The notes under the pieces: model-generated
What the model was told of the DNA's origin: nothing
What the model saw: only the letters and a program-made list of their open reading frames with translations
Database searches by the model: none
Part shown: one piece after another, positions 1 to 14,884 of the stretch
Layout: the number at the start of each line of letters is the position of its first letter
Position numbering within the stretch: the first letter of the stretch is position 1
Position numbers and translations under genes: made by a program
DNA from: the human T2T-CHM13v2.0 reference genome, Homo sapiens
Direction: 5' to 3' (one strand)
NCBI RefSeq assembly: GCF_009914755.1
Contig: NC_060933.1
DNA length: 64,000 nucleotides

Positions 1-3000
1 AAAGAAAAGGATGTTAATGAGCAAGAAGAAATCATCTAAAGGTACAAACCTCACTGGTAACAGCACACAGAAAAGCACAGATTACTATAACACTGTAATT
101 GCAGTGTATAAACATCTCGACTTAAGTAGAAAGACTAAATTATGAACCAATAAAAAATAACCAAAACAAATTTTCAAGACATAGTACAATAAGGCATAAG
201 GAGAAACAGCAAAAAGTTAAAAAGCAGGGGGATGAAGTGAAAGTGCAGTTTTTAATCAGTTTTATTTTTGCATGTTTGTTTATTTATGCAGTCAGTGTTG
301 TCATCAGTTTAAAATAATGAGTTATAAAGTACTACTGGCAAGTCTCATGGTAACGTCAAATCAAAAAACATAAAACAGATACACAAAAAATAAACAGCAA
401 GAAGTTAAAGCATACCACCAGAGAAAATTACCTTCATTAAAAGAATACAGGAAAGAAGGAAAGAAGGATAATAAGACTACAAAGCAACCAGAAAACAAGT
501 AACCAAACGGCAGGAGTGAGTCCCTACTTATCAACAACAGTGATTGTAAATTGACCATACTCTCCAATCAAAAGACACAGAGTGGCTGAATGGTTGAAAA
601 AACAAGATCCAATCATCTGTTTCCTACAAGAAACACACTTCATCTTTAAAGGTACATGTAGACTAAAAATAAAAGGATGGCAAAAGATATTCCATGCCAA
701 TGGAAAACCCAAAAAAGAGCAGGAATAGCTATACTTATATCAGACAAAGTAGAGTTCAAGACAAAAATGGTAAGAACAGACAAAGAAGGTCATTATGTAA
801 TGATACAGGGGTCAATTCAGCAAGAGGATATAATGATTGTAAATATAGATACACCCAACACTGGAACATTCAGATATATAAAACAAATATTATTAGAGCT
901 AAAAAGAGAAATAGACCTCAATACAATAATAGCTGGAGACTTCAACATCTCGCTTTCAGCACTGGACAGATCTCCCAGACAGAAAATCAACAAATATTGG
1001 ACATAATCTGCACTATAGAACAAATAGATATTTACAGGATCTAATAGATATTTACAGAACATTTCACCCAACAGCTACAGAATATACATTTTTCTCTTCA
1101 GCACATGGATTATTCTCTAGGATAGAACATATGTTAGGTCACAGAACAAGTCTTAAAAGATTCGAAAAAATTGAAATAACACCAAGCATGTTCCCTGACC
1201 AGAATGGAATAAAACTAGTATGTCAACAACGAAAGGAATTTTGGAAACCATACAAACACATGGAAATTAAACAATGTGCTCCTGAATTACCAGTGGCTCG
1301 AGGAAGAAATTAAGAAGGAAATTGAAACCTTTCTTGAAATAAAAGATAATGGAAACACAACATACTAAAATCTATGGGCACAGTGAAAGCAGTACTAAGA
1401 GGGAAATTTATACCTATGTGCCTAGTTCAAAAAGAAGAAAAACTTTAAATAAATAGCATAATGATGCATCTTAAAGAACTAGAAAAGCAAGAGAAAACTG
1501 AACCCCAAATTAGTAGAAGAAAAAAATTATAAAGATCAGAGCAGAAATAAATGAATTTGAAAAGAAAAAATAAAAAATATTAATGGAAACAAAAAGTGGT
1601 TTTTTTTTGAAAAGATGAACAAATTTGACAAAGCTTTAGCCAGATTAACTAAGAAAAAAAGAGAGAAAGCTCAAATAAATAAAACAAGAGATGAAAAAGG
1701 AGACATTACAACTGATACTGCAGAAATTCAGAGGCTCATTAGAGGCTACTATGAGCCACTATATGAATTGGAAAATCTAGAAGAAATGGATAAATTCCTA
1801 GGCACATAAAACCTACCAAGACTGAACCATGAAGAAATACAAAACCTGAACACATCAATAACAAATAACAAGATTGAAGCCCTAATAAAAAGTCTCCCAG
1901 TAAAGTCAAGTCCATCATCTGATAGCTTCATGGCTGAATTCTGCCAAACATTTAAAGAACTAATACAGTCCTACTAAAACTGTTTCAAAAAATAAAGGAA
2001 GAGAGAATACTTCCAAACTCATTATATGAGGCCAGTACTACCCTGATACCAAAACCAGACAAAGATACATTAAAAAAAGAAAACTACAGGCTAATATCAC
2101 TGAAGAATATTGATGTAAAAATCCTCAAAAAAATACTAGCAAACCAAATTCATCATGACCAAGGGGTATTTATCCCAGGGATGGCAGGATGGTTCAAGAT
2201 ATGCAAATCAATCATCAGATTGATATATCATATCAACAGAATGAGGAACAAAAAACATATGATCATTTTAATTGATGCTAAAAAAGCATTTCATAAAGTT
2301 CAACATCCCTTCCTCAAAAACCTGGGTAGAGAGGGAACATACTTGAACATAATAAAAGCCATATACAACAGACCCACAGCTAGTATTGCACTGAATGGGA
2401 AAAACCGACAGCCTTTCCTCTAAGATCTAAAAAAAGACAAGGATGTTCACTTTCATCACTGTTATTCAACGTAGTACTGAAAGTCCTAACTAAAGAAATT
2501 AGACAAGGGAAAGAAAGAAAGTGCATCGAAACTGGAAAGGAAGAAGTCACATTATCCTGGTTTGCAGATGATACGCTCTTATATTTGGAAAAACCTGAAG
2601 ATTCCATCTAAAAATTATTAGAACTGATAAGAAAATTCAGGAAAGTTTCAGGATGTAAAATCAACACACAGAAATCAGTAGCATGTCTATATGCCAACAG
2701 CAAAAAAAGAAAGGAATCAGAAAAAGAAATCAAGAAAGTAATCCCATGTACAATAGCTAAAATTAAGATACCTAGGAATAAACTTAACCAAAGAAATGAA
2801 AGATGTCTGCAATGAAAACTTTAAAAAGCTAATGAAATAAATTGAGGAGGACACCAAAAAAAATGAAAAGATATTCTATGTTCATGGATTAGAAGAATCA
2901 ATATTTTAAAAATGCCCATACTACCCAAAGCAACCTACAGATTTAATGCAATCCCTATCAACATACCAATGGCATTCTTCATGGAAACAGGATAACTAAT

Positions 3001-3925
3001 CATAAAATTTATATGGAATCAAAAAAGACCCAGAATAGTCAAAGTTATCCTAAGCCAAAAGAACAAAACTTGAGAAATCACATTACCTGACTTCAGATAA
3101 TACCACAGATAATAACTACAGAGCTGTGGTAACCAAAACAGCATGGTTTTTGCCATAAAAGCGGACACACAGATTGATGGAACAGTATAGAGAACACAGG
3201 AAGAAATTCACACACCTACAGTGAACTCATTTTCAACAAAGTTACCAAGAACTTATCTTGGGGAAAGGACAGTATCTTCAATAAATGGAGCTAGGAAAAC
3301 TGGATATCCATATGCAGAAGAATAAAAATAGACCCCTATGTCTCACCATATACAAAAGTAAAATCAAAATGGATTAAAGACTTAAATCTAAGACCTCAAA
3401 CTATGAAACTACCACAAGAAAACATGGGGGAAACTCTCCAGGACATTGGTTTGAGCAAAAAATTTCTTGAGTAATACCCCACAGGCATAGGCAACCAAAG
3501 CAAAAATGGACATATGGGATCACATCAAGTTAAAAAGCTTCTGCACAACAAAGGATACTGTCAACGAAGTGAAGGGACAACCCACAGAATGAGAAAAAAT
3601 ATTTGCAAGCTATCTATCTGACAATGGATTCATAACTATAGGTAAAAATCTAGTAATCTGATCAAGAAATGGGCAAAAGATTTGAACATTTCTCAAAAGA
3701 AGACATACATATGGCAAAGAGGCATATGAAAAAGTGCTCCACATCATTGATCTTCAGAGAAATGCAAATCAAAACTACAATGAGATATTATCTCACCCCA
3801 GTTACAATGGCTTCTATCCAAAAGTCAGACAATAACAAATGCTGGAGAGGATGTGGAGAAGAAGGAACCTTTGTACACTGTTGGCAGGAATGTAAATTAG
3901 TACAACCAGTATGGAGGAGAGTTGT
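1..3925 (+). mobile_element. Decayed LINE-1 (L1MA-like): end of ORF1/inter-ORF region plus disrupted ORF2, truncated before the 3' UTR
   Basis: ORF fragments match L1 ORF2p: endonuclease (677-1006, ...NTIIAGDFN...), [14 protein letters not shown] (1615-1809), RT region (2181-2423) and C-terminus [20 protein letters not shown] (3669-). Many stops and frameshifts. Similarity stops near 3925 with no poly(A). Confidence 0.95.
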
Positions 3926-4629
3926 AGGCTCTACTGTCCTAACCTGCAATCCCAGTTTCTTCTAATTGCTTTTCTTGTAGTTCTAGGATGCTGCCAAGAT
4001 CATTCAGAGGTGGGATGACCACACAGCCTGGACATGAGTCATTGCTTCCCCCTATTCGCTAAGTTCTATTCTTGAGTCAAACCTTTGACTTTATCACTTG
4101 AAAGTAACTTTAGAATTACAATTTCACTTTATGTCTTTGCCTTTAACAAGAAGGAAGTCTAGCATTTTTAAAGTAACTATCATTGAAGAGCCCCCATGGA
4201 GCCCTGAAAGTGGACCTGGTTCTGGTAAAGAAAAAAAAAAAAAAAATTCTGGCATGCCAGCAAGGCCAGACGGTCTAAATGGTTTTCAACAAAATTTGTA
4301 TTGATATGCAATATAGCCAGGCAATATAGCCAGGCCCTGGAATTTCTTCTGGACTCTTGGGTCCTTGTTGTAAGTACTCATTCCACTCATGCTCCCATCA
4401 GCCCTAAAGATACTTCCCATTATCTTGTTCCCTGAACTCCACAGAAAGCCATACAAGATAATTCACTCCATAGTAATTCACAAGGTCATGTACATGTTGG
4501 ATAAAGCTTACCTTTAGATGAAAAAGTAAACATCTTCATATATGACATTGAGAAATAAGGAGCTAAAATTTTTTGTTTGCTTCTTCTCACTGCAAGCATC
4601 TGATCCAGTTACATTTATTTTTATATTCC

Positions 4630-5272
4630 ACCATTTTAACCTTGATCCAAGCAACCATCACCATTCACCTGATTACTGCAGTAGCTACTTAATTAGTCTC
4701 CCTGCTTCTACCTTGCTCCCCTTCAGTCTATTCACAACACAGTTGTCAGAGCCCTCTTTTAAAAATATAAGCCAGAGCATGTCATTCCTCTCTACTCATG
4801 CTCCTTGGATCCTATTTAACTTTAGGGTAAAATCCAAATTCTTCAGTGTATTCAAGGCCCTTCATGACCTGGTCATCATTACTTCTGACCTTATGTCTTA
4901 CCATTTTCCTCAATCTCACTCTTAGTCCTCCCAGCCTGTGCTCCGTTCCTGGGACTTACCAGGCACATAGCTGCCATAGGGTCTCTGCACTTTCCATTCT
5001 TTCTGCCTGTAAAGCTCTTCCTGCAACCAGTAGCACAGCTGACTCCATTGCTCTCTTTAAGTGTTTGCTTAAATGGCTGTCTCAGCGAAGTCCATCTTTA
5101 CCGTCCTATTTTAAATTGCAAACCATGCTCCATTTAGCTTATTTATTTCTTTATTTATTATCTGTCCATAAGGGCAGGAATTTTAGTGTGTTTTGTTCTC
5201 TAATATATCTCAAGCTCCGTGAAAAGTGCCTGGCATATAGTAGAAGCTTGATAAATATCTGTTGAAAGAGTG
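4630..5272 (+). mobile_element. L2 (L2a-like) 3' fragment
   Basis: L2-type motifs 'gattactgcagtagc...tctccctgcttc' and terminal 'cctggcatatagtag...ataaatatctgttgaa'. Confidence 0.75.
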
Positions 5273-6831
5273 ACTACTTATGTATTCCTTGTTTTAGACG
5301 TGAATTGAAACTTGGATAACCTTGGCCTGCCTATATGCAAATAAGCCAAGGTGATCTTTCACTAGAATGAAAGAATCTGAATTCTGACTTCAGGAAGGTT
5401 AGGGTGAGTTTAGGTCCCCTCTGGCCATATTTCTAGCAAGTTGGGGCAGTCCAGCTCTTAGTATTTAAACCATTCTCCTTGAATTGTTTTTACAGTTTTA
5501 TTATTATGGCAATATTGCTTGTTCTGAGAGAGGCCCATCTGTCTCATATCTCTTCCCCACTCCATCTGTCTTCTCATTGCATGCTTTCTCTCCCACTTTC
5601 TCTCTCTTAGACCTTATGATTTGAATAAGTGCAAAATGTCTTTGGCACTATCCAGAGTGAATTAAAAGCTGAAGGCTCTCTCTGTTGGTACAACAAAGGC
5701 AAGCCAAGTAAATCAATTAGAGGAATGGGGTGGAAGGGAGAATGGGGTGAGAAGTTTGTTTGCTTGTTTACTTATGTGTATGTTTGTTTAAACTTCACTT
5801 CATTCTAAAAAAAGAATTTAAGCTGAGCCAAAGATAAGGTTTGTTTTTTTCTTCTTATTTCAGTGTAAGGAAGGGAACTAACATTTTTAAACCCCTACTA
5901 TTTGTGATAGATGTTTTGGACACATACAGATTAAAATATATGTCACATATAGAATATAAATTTAAAAATATTTTTAAACTCAAAATTTTTACATTATTAA
6001 AAATCTCAAATGTACAGAGAAGTAGAAGAAATAGTAAAATGAAAACCCATAGTTGCAATTTTTAACAATTGGCCATATTTATTTTATCTATCTAGATAGC
6101 TTTTTGTTGAGCTATTTAAAATAAGTTATTGACATCATGACACATCATTCATAAATAACTTAGCATCCATTTTTAAAAATTAAAGATATATCCCCACAAA
6201 ACCACAATACTATTATCACACTTAAATGTAATTCCCTAACATCCATTCTATATTTAAATTTCCCTAAAAGACCCCAAAATTTATCAAACCAAGATCTAAC
6301 CAGGAATTATACATTTATTTAATTATTGTATGTCTTATATCTCTTATAATATCAGAATACTTCCTTCAATTCTTTTCCTTATGACATTAGCTCTTTAAAG
6401 AATTCAGGCCAGCTCTCTTGTAGAATTGTTCCCATGTAAAGTTGTTAAACATTTTCCTGCAACTCTTGTATTCTCTGTATATTAGAATTTGGATCTAAAG
6501 GCTTTATTGGAGTCAGATTGAACATCCTGGCAAGATTTCCTGAAAGTTACTCTATATTATATCCCACCAGGAAGCACATAATATCTAGTTGTCCCGTTTT
6601 CAGTGATGCTGTGTTTGATCAGTGGATTAAGGCGGTAACAGCCAAATCTCTCCATCGGAAAGATATGGTCCTCCCTTTGCAACTGGCTAGCAAATATCCA
6701 CTTTTCTATAAACCTTTTAGCTAATAGTTTTGTAATAATTGATGACTCTTATGTAAACCAATTATTTTATTAGGGTTTCAAAAATGATATTTTGTCTAAT
6801 GCTATCATTCTTTCTACATTTATCAGCTTGC

Positions 6832-6835
6832 GTGT

Positions 6836-6879
<44 letters not shown>
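6832..6879. repeat. (TG)n microsatellite
   Basis: About 19 uninterrupted TG units at 6841-6878 plus a short interrupted run before them. Confidence 0.98.
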
Positions 6880-6882
<3 letters not shown>

Positions 6883-7190
6883 GAAGCAATTACTCTCATC
6901 AAGAGCAGGATAAATGGTTAATTCTCTCTCTTTAATAACCAATTTTCAAATTAAGGAGTGGTATAATAGTCATCCCAAGGGTGTCAAATGAAGTTCATTA
7001 CTCTTTTTTTTCTCTTTTTGAATCTCACATAGACTCATAAAGTTTTACATATTCACTGTGCTTCACTTGGTTATAGTAATTATTCTTTTTTGATGTTCAG
7101 GTTGTCCCAAATTTGGCCTGTGGGAGACCCTTAAGTCTGTCTTCTTTTATCATTATCACATTAATCTTTAAATACTTGTTAGCTTTCTGA

Positions 7191-7605
<415 letters not shown>

Positions 7606-8127
7606 TAGTATTTAGAAACCAAAATCAAGGAACCGGGAATGCTTATTACTACTGTGATGTCATTGTTCTAGTTTTTCTCAGTGGACAGATGTAGGAAATG
7701 TATTTTTAGTAGTAGAAATTAATAATATTTTCAATTCTCATTTGACAATCTAGAGTTTTTGCTGAACTTATTTGGTTTTATATCTGTTTTCTTGTATCTA
7801 GAATATCTTGATTTCTAATAACTGACTTGCCATATTTTATAATATTCATAACATGGTTTCAAAATAGCAATGCCAATATTACTATGAACAATGAAATTAA
7901 TGAATAAAGTTGAAGATTTACTAGCAGTATTTTTGTGATCTGTAGAAATGAGAATACTAGCATAGCAAGAAATTAAGTAATTTGCTCGGACATTAATCAA
8001 AGTGGCAGAGCTGATTTATTTGGCTAGAACTCTTTCCTCTCTGTCCACTCTACCAAACTATAGGCAGAGCTGGAGAGAAATAGAATGACAACTGGAGCTA
8101 ACAAAAAAAGCCAGAAAGGGACTTGGA

Positions 8128-9845
8128 ATGTACAAAAATCAGTAGCATTTCTATACATCAATAATATGCAAGCTGAGAACCAAATTAAGAACACAATCTC
8201 ATTTGCAATAGCACCAAAAGAATAAACTACCTAGGAATAAAGTTAACCAGGGAGGTGAAAGATTTCTACAATGAGAATTGCAGAGCACTGCTCAAAGAAA
8301 TCAGAAATGACACAAACTAAGGGAAAAACAGTCAATGTTCATGGATAAGAAGACTCAGTATTGTTAAAATGGCCATACTCCCCAAAGCAATTTACAGATT
8401 CAAAGCTATTCCTACCAAACTATCAATACCATTTTTCAAGGAATTGGAAAAAACTATTCTAAAATTCACATGGAACCAAAAGAGAGCCCAAACAACCAAA
8501 GCAATACTAAGCAAAAAGAACAAAGCCAGAGGCATTACATTACCCAACTTCAAACTACACTACACGGCCACATTAACCAAAACAGCATGGTACTGATAAA
8601 AAAACAGACATACTGACCAATGGAACAGGTTAAAGAACCCAGAAATAAAACTACATACCTACAACCATCTGATCTTTGACAAAGTCAACGATAACAAGCA
8701 ATGGAGAAAGGACTCCCTATTCAATAAACGCTGCTGGGATAACTGGCTAGCCATATGCAAAAGATTTAAACTGGACCCCTTCATTTCACCATATACAAAA
8801 AAGGTGAAAGACACTTTTGGATTAAAGACTTAGATGTAAAATCTAAAACTATAAAAACCTTAGAAGAAAACCTAGGAAATACCATTCTGGATACAGGCCC
8901 CGGCAAAGATTTAATGGTGAAGATTCCAAAAACAATTGCAACAAAAACAAAAATTGACAAATTAACAAGCAAAAAAACAAACCCCGTTACAAAATGGGCA
9001 AAGGACATGAACAGATTCTTCTCAAAAGCAGACATACATGTGGCCAAAAAGCATATGAAAAAGATGTTCAACATCACTATCATTAGAGAAATGCAAATCG
9101 AAACCACACTGAGATGACATGTCACACCAGTCAGAATGGCTATTATTGAAAAGTCAAAAAATAACAGATGCTGGCAAGGTTGTATAGAAAAGGCAATGCT
9201 TATACACTGCTGGTGGGAATGTAAATTAGTTCAGTCACTGGAAAGCCATTTGGAGATATCTCAAAGAGCTTAAAACAGAACTACCATTTGACCTAGCAAT
9301 CCCATTATTGGGTACATACCCAAAGGAATATAAATAGTTCCACCATAAAGATACATGTGTAGGTTTATTGCAGCACTATTCAAATCAAAGACATAGAATC
9401 AACCTAGATGCCTATCAATGGTGGATTGCATAAAGAAAATGTGGTGCATATACACCATGGAATACTATGCAGCCATAAAAGAACAAAATCAAGTCCTTTG
9501 CTGCAATATGGATGTAGCTGGAGGCCTTATCCTAAGTGAATTAATGCAGAAACAGAAAACCAAATGCTGCATGTTCTCACATAAGTGGAAGCTAAACACT
9601 GAGTACACCTGGACACTAAGGAGGGAACAATAGACACTGGAGCCAACTTGAGGGTGAGGATGGGAGGAGAGTGAGAATCGAAAAACTACCTATCAGGGTA
9701 GTATGTTTATAACCTGGTGACAAAATAATCTGTACACCAAACCCTCAAAGTACACAATTTACCCATGTAACAAACCTGCACATGTACCAGTGAACCTAAA
9801 ATACAAATTGGAAGAAAAAAACATTTAAAAATGAAATAAAATAAA
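8128..9845 (+). mobile_element. 5'-truncated L1 (L1PA15/16-like): ORF2 C-terminal part and 3' UTR
   Basis: ORF2 peptide [11 protein letters not shown]...KTAWY (8369-8596); 3' UTR 'aaactacctatc...acaaacctgcacatgtac...gaacctaaaata'; A-rich tail. Confidence 0.93.
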
Positions 9846-9954
9846 TTTTGGGTTTGTTTCATAGGAAAAAAACGTTTGGTGATAGTTGGCGAATTTGAAA
9901 AAGTCCTGTGGATTACATGCCCATCCCTTAGGCTTTCCTTTCCCCCTATGCCTG

Positions 9955-10138
9955 CGTCTCCCAAAGTGTGGTCCCAGATAAGCAGAATCAGCATTGCCCA
10001 GGAACTTGTTAGAAATGTAAATTCTCAGGCAAATCCCAGACTTACTGAATAGGAAACTCTGGCAGGGGACCCAGTAATCTGTGTTTTCAGAAACCCTCAG
10101 GAGCTTCTGATTCATGCTCAAGTTTGACAACCAGTTCT
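9955..10138. mobile_element. MER5A (hAT-Charlie MITE)
   Basis: 'caaagtgtggtccc...gaacttgttagaaatg.aaattctcagg...ctgattcatgctcaagtttga'. Confidence 0.85.
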
Positions 10139-10574
10139 CTACACCTGAAGATTTCTTCACTGGAAAGCAGAATTTCCAAAAGCCTCCTAGGAGACAGAAG
10201 AGAGGTTTTAATATTCTTGTTCCTCTACCCTACACACATATAAACGTATCCATAAATAACACATAGATTTTTCTACAAATATATTATAAATGAAAATAAG
10301 AGATCTTATTCCACACATCTCATTCTGCTCCTTTTTTTCACTCTACGTTATATACAATATATACGAGAGTATGTGCCTATTGTGGTAATAAAAAGAATTA
10401 GAAATGGAGAATGAGATATGAAGAACAGAAAAATAAAAGAGTAACTTGCATGGATCAATAATGACCACATGCAACAAATTAAGGGAGATGATCATTCTAA
10501 AGCATCTAGTTATATTTCAGTTTTTAAAGTACAGCTACACGGAAGTTTCCTCTCAATGTCATTATCAAGCCATG

Positions 10575-10690
10575 AGGCCTCAAACTCAATTTTTATGTCT
10601 GTAAAATGGGAATAAATACAGCCTATCTTATGAAGTTACTGAGAAAATCTCATTAAGAGTTTTATAAGCTGCAAAGAGCTATATAATTAT
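10575..10690 (+). mobile_element. MIR fragment
   Basis: MIR core 'ctcaatttt..tctgtaaaatgggaataa'. Confidence 0.6.
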
Positions 10691-11169
10691 AAAGTATTGT
10701 AAGGTATAACCATTTAAAAATAATTGTTGTGAAGTGAAAGCTGTGAGGCACATCATTAAAAGTCAGTTTCCATGCAATATCAGAATCAAGAGACAACAAA
10801 AAAGAAAGCTTGCTCCTAATGAAGAAGCATTTCCCTAATTTGAAGTATGTCAATGATCAGGTTAGAAATACACTAAGGGGCACTATGGTGGAATCTTAGC
10901 ATGCTTACTTTGCCCTTTTAAAGCACCTGTATTTTGTTGAAATAAGAAGGTTATTATTGATTAAGTTGTCTCAGCTTATACATATTTATGCTGCCTTGCT
11001 CTGTGTTCTGATTTTCCTGCACACAACATCCACTGGTACCCAAAATAGCATGACTGGCAAGAAAGGAAGACACTCTGCAAGTCTCAAGGATTATCAGACA
11101 CAAGATCAGATTGCTGCTAAAAATTAGCAGTCACCAATTTTCTGCCCTCAATACTCTTCTTCCTCTACA

Positions 11170-12070
11170 CTTGCATGGTGTCAGTGATCACCTCTATGCT
11201 GATGATTCACAAAATTTATATCTCTCATCTATTCCTCTTCCTTGGACCTCAGACCCACACAACTACTAGGTTGGTAGACATTTTTGAGTCCCAAGATCCA
11301 TCCAACTCAACATATCCAACGCACACATTACCTGCCTTCCAGACCACCAACTCCTCTGGTTTCATTATTTTTATACCACCACTCTTCTATATGGCAAGGC
11401 TAAATTGCTCTTGGATCACCAATTGGTGGTCAAGGTACTTCCATTCTACCTTTAAAATGTCATTTGAATATAATCTTTTCCTTTTCATGCCTACAACCTC
11501 TGTCTAGATTTAGAAATTTGTTACCTTTTATCTGGACTATTGCTATAGTTTATTTTTTTTCTTGACTTCAATCTCTTCCCACATTATTTCTTCTTCCAAA
11601 CATATCTGACTATAATAACAAAAATGCATGAGTTACTCACTATGTACAAACCACTATTCCAAGCACTTTCTATACATTAGCTCATTTAATCCTCATTCAA
11701 CACAGGTATTTATAGCTCAGTTCACTCCTCTGCTCTAAAACCTTCAACAGCTCCCCACTGCTTTTCCCCTAAAATCCAAGGCTTTCATAGTACTTGCAAT
11801 ACAGATCTTCAGACAAATCCCTTAATAGCCCTTCCTATATTCACTAAGTTCTAACCAACTGGATTGCTTTTCATTTCCCCAACACACCATGTTTTTATGA
11901 TTCTGCTTGTACCAGCACTACTGCTCAATCTTTGCAATCTTTACTATTGCTCAGTGGTAAAGATTTTAAACCTCAGCTCAAATATTGTCTCCTCCACCAA
12001 GTGTTTACTGTTTATCCCTTACAATAACTTTCTCATCATTGTCCTTTGTTACTTATTCAATAAATGTTTA
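11170..12070 (+). mobile_element. Degraded L2 with an embedded antisense MIR (~11610-11700)
   Basis: 'tatgctgatgattcacaaaatttatatctc', 'ctggactattgc', 'caataaatgtt'; MIR 'attagctcatttaatcctca'. Confidence 0.6.
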
Positions 12071-12259
12071 TTTTATTCATTATTCTTTCAACAAAAGTTT
12101 TACTGTTAGGCTCACATGCTCCTACAGCACTTTGTATCTTCAGGACAAGCCTTGGAAATCTGTCTTTGAGTGAAGATTGGATTAAGATGTTCATTTCCTA
12201 TCTGTGATTATAATCTTCTTTAGGTTAAAGGCCACGTCTTCATTTTTGTAGCTCAATCT

Positions 12260-12690
12260 ACCATTCATACCATTCATTCATTCAAAAATGGTGCTTAAAG
12301 ACCATGTACCAGGAACTGGGGAAGGACGACAACACAGTCATTGCCCTTTGAAGTTTATAGTCTGGATGGTTAAAATACTTGCTTACAAATAATTAGAATA
12401 CAATGTGACATATGCAGGGAAAACAGCAATTAATTGTGCCTACGCATGGCAAAGGCAGGTGACAAAAGGCATTTGAGCCAGGTCTTTAAGAATGAGTAGG
12501 AATTCACTAGGGGAGGAAGAAAATCCAAAAAAAAAGAAACAGTATATCAAGGAGTAGTGGCATGGAACAGAATAATGTTTTCAAACAAAGGTTAAAAATT
12601 CTGAATTACTGCAACTCAAGAAGCCAGTGGAAGAAGATCAAGCAGACAGATAGATCACAAATCATTAAAGGCCTTAGACGCCATAAGGCA
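12260..12690 (-). mobile_element. L2 fragment, antisense
   Basis: 'cattcattcattca...catgtaccagg' is the antisense L2 tail. Confidence 0.55.
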
Positions 12691-12997
12691 TCATTGTAGG
12701 AAATTTAAGGTAACATAGAATAAATAATTGTTGGATTGAATAACACATTTCTAGATAGCTGAAGAATATTTTCTTTCATTTGTGCGGTTCTGGAACCTTA
12801 TGCCACATCATACATTGATTCCTTTTTATCTACTTGCACTTGTGGTTAAATCCAAATTTTGCAACTGCTTTTCTGGCTCTATACTTGTTTACATGTACAA
12901 CTCACATCCATTAGTAAATACTGTCATGAAATTAAGCAGTCATTCTAAGATGGAAAGGGACATGTGACATGTATGAAATCAGAAAAAGTGTCTTCCT

Positions 12998-13319
<322 letters not shown>

Positions 13320-13320
13320 T

Positions 13321-13579
13321 CAACCAGGCTGGAGTGCAGTGGCAGGATCTCCACTCGCAATCTTCGCCTCCTGGGTTCAAGCAATTCTCCCACCTCAGCC
13401 TCCTGAGTATCTGTGATTACAGGTACAGGCCACCACATGCTGCTAATTTCTGTATTTTTAGCAGAGACGGGGTTTCGCCGTGTTGGCCAGTCTGGTCTCA
13501 AACTCCTGACATCAAGTAATCCACCTGCCTCGGCCTCCCACAGTGCTTGGATTACAGGAATGAGCCACCACACCTGGCT
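13321..13579 (-). mobile_element. AluS, antisense, lacking its poly(A) tail and last ~20 nt
   Basis: Begins directly at 'ccaggctggagtgcagtggc' and ends 'cacctggc'. Confidence 0.95.
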
Positions 13580-14593
13580 ATCAACCTGGGACACTGTAAC
13601 GCCATCCTCTAGGAAAGACTGTACTATAGAGAACAATGTAAATTGTATCACTTTTCTACATTTAAGGTTTTTTTATTTGTTTTGCTTTTGTTTTCAATGC
13701 AGGAAGAGCTTGTTCTTCAAAATTGATTGAATTGCCAGTAAAATTATTAATTTTCTTAGCAGCATGATGGGCAAGAAATCTAAACTTCAAGTGAAACTAG
13801 TCATGCTTGCATTATTTTTTGCAATTAATCGCTTGAGTCTAAGCCTGCCATTTAAAGAAGAAAATCTAGGATACATCATTTGATACATACCCACTTCCCT
13901 ACTCTGCCACACACCCATGCATAAAAAGTCAAACCACCTATATTTAGATGAAGAAGAGGCTTGATAGTTCTTCAGTTTATAGGTGCCAAACTTCAGCCAG
14001 AGCTATACACTGTGGCCACTGAACACTGGTCTTGCCCAGTCCAGGGGATGCTTGGTTACTCCTGTGGAGATGTTCTTGTGTGGATGTTATAGGAGGCTCT
14101 ACAATCAGTCTAGCTCATACTCCTGTGCTATGGCTGCCAAAATTACTACCCTATAACCAGGCCCAGAAGAATTTCAGGTTGTAGCCACATATGCCAGAGT
14201 TAGTTTTCCTTAACCCCCATTACTGAGTTCATTCAACAAGAAAGGCTAAAGAATTTGCCCAAAGTTACACAGCTATAGAGGGCAGAGATGGGTTGCAAAA
14301 TTAAGTCTTCAGATTCCCAATGCTTTTTCCATTAAATCTTGCTACCTTTCCATTAAATTTGTTGGTTTCTATGGATTCAAAACTGGGAAACAAACCTTGA
14401 TCAGGTTACTAAGAACCTCATATCATGTCCAGCTGATCTTTTGAAAGGAAGGATTCATTGAATCTGGGGTGAATAGTCCTATGTTGTATTTGGTGGCTTA
14501 GAGCCCATGACTTTTAGTTTGAAGGCATTTGGACATATCTTCCAACACTTTATACACAGATACTTTTCTGCCTCAGTGGCATACTGGAGAGCC

Positions 14594-14884
14594 TTTTCTT
14601 TTCTTTTAGAGACAGAGTCTCACTGTTGCTCAGGCCAGAATGCTGTGGTGTAATTATGGCTCACTAACCTCGAACTCCTGGGCTCAAGAAATTCTCTGTC
14701 TCAGCCTCCTGAGTATCTAGGACTACAGGTGCATGCCACCATATCTGGCTAATTTAAAATGTTTTTGTAGAGATGGGGTCTTGCTCTGTTACACAGGGTG
14801 GTCTTCAACACCTGGCTTCAAGTGATCTTCCTGCCTCAGACTCCAAAAGCACTGGGATGACAGGCATGACCAACACACCCAGCC
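14594..14884 (-). mobile_element. AluJ
   Basis: Diverged Alu dimer with J-type 'cctcgaactcctgggctcaag'. Confidence 0.9.
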
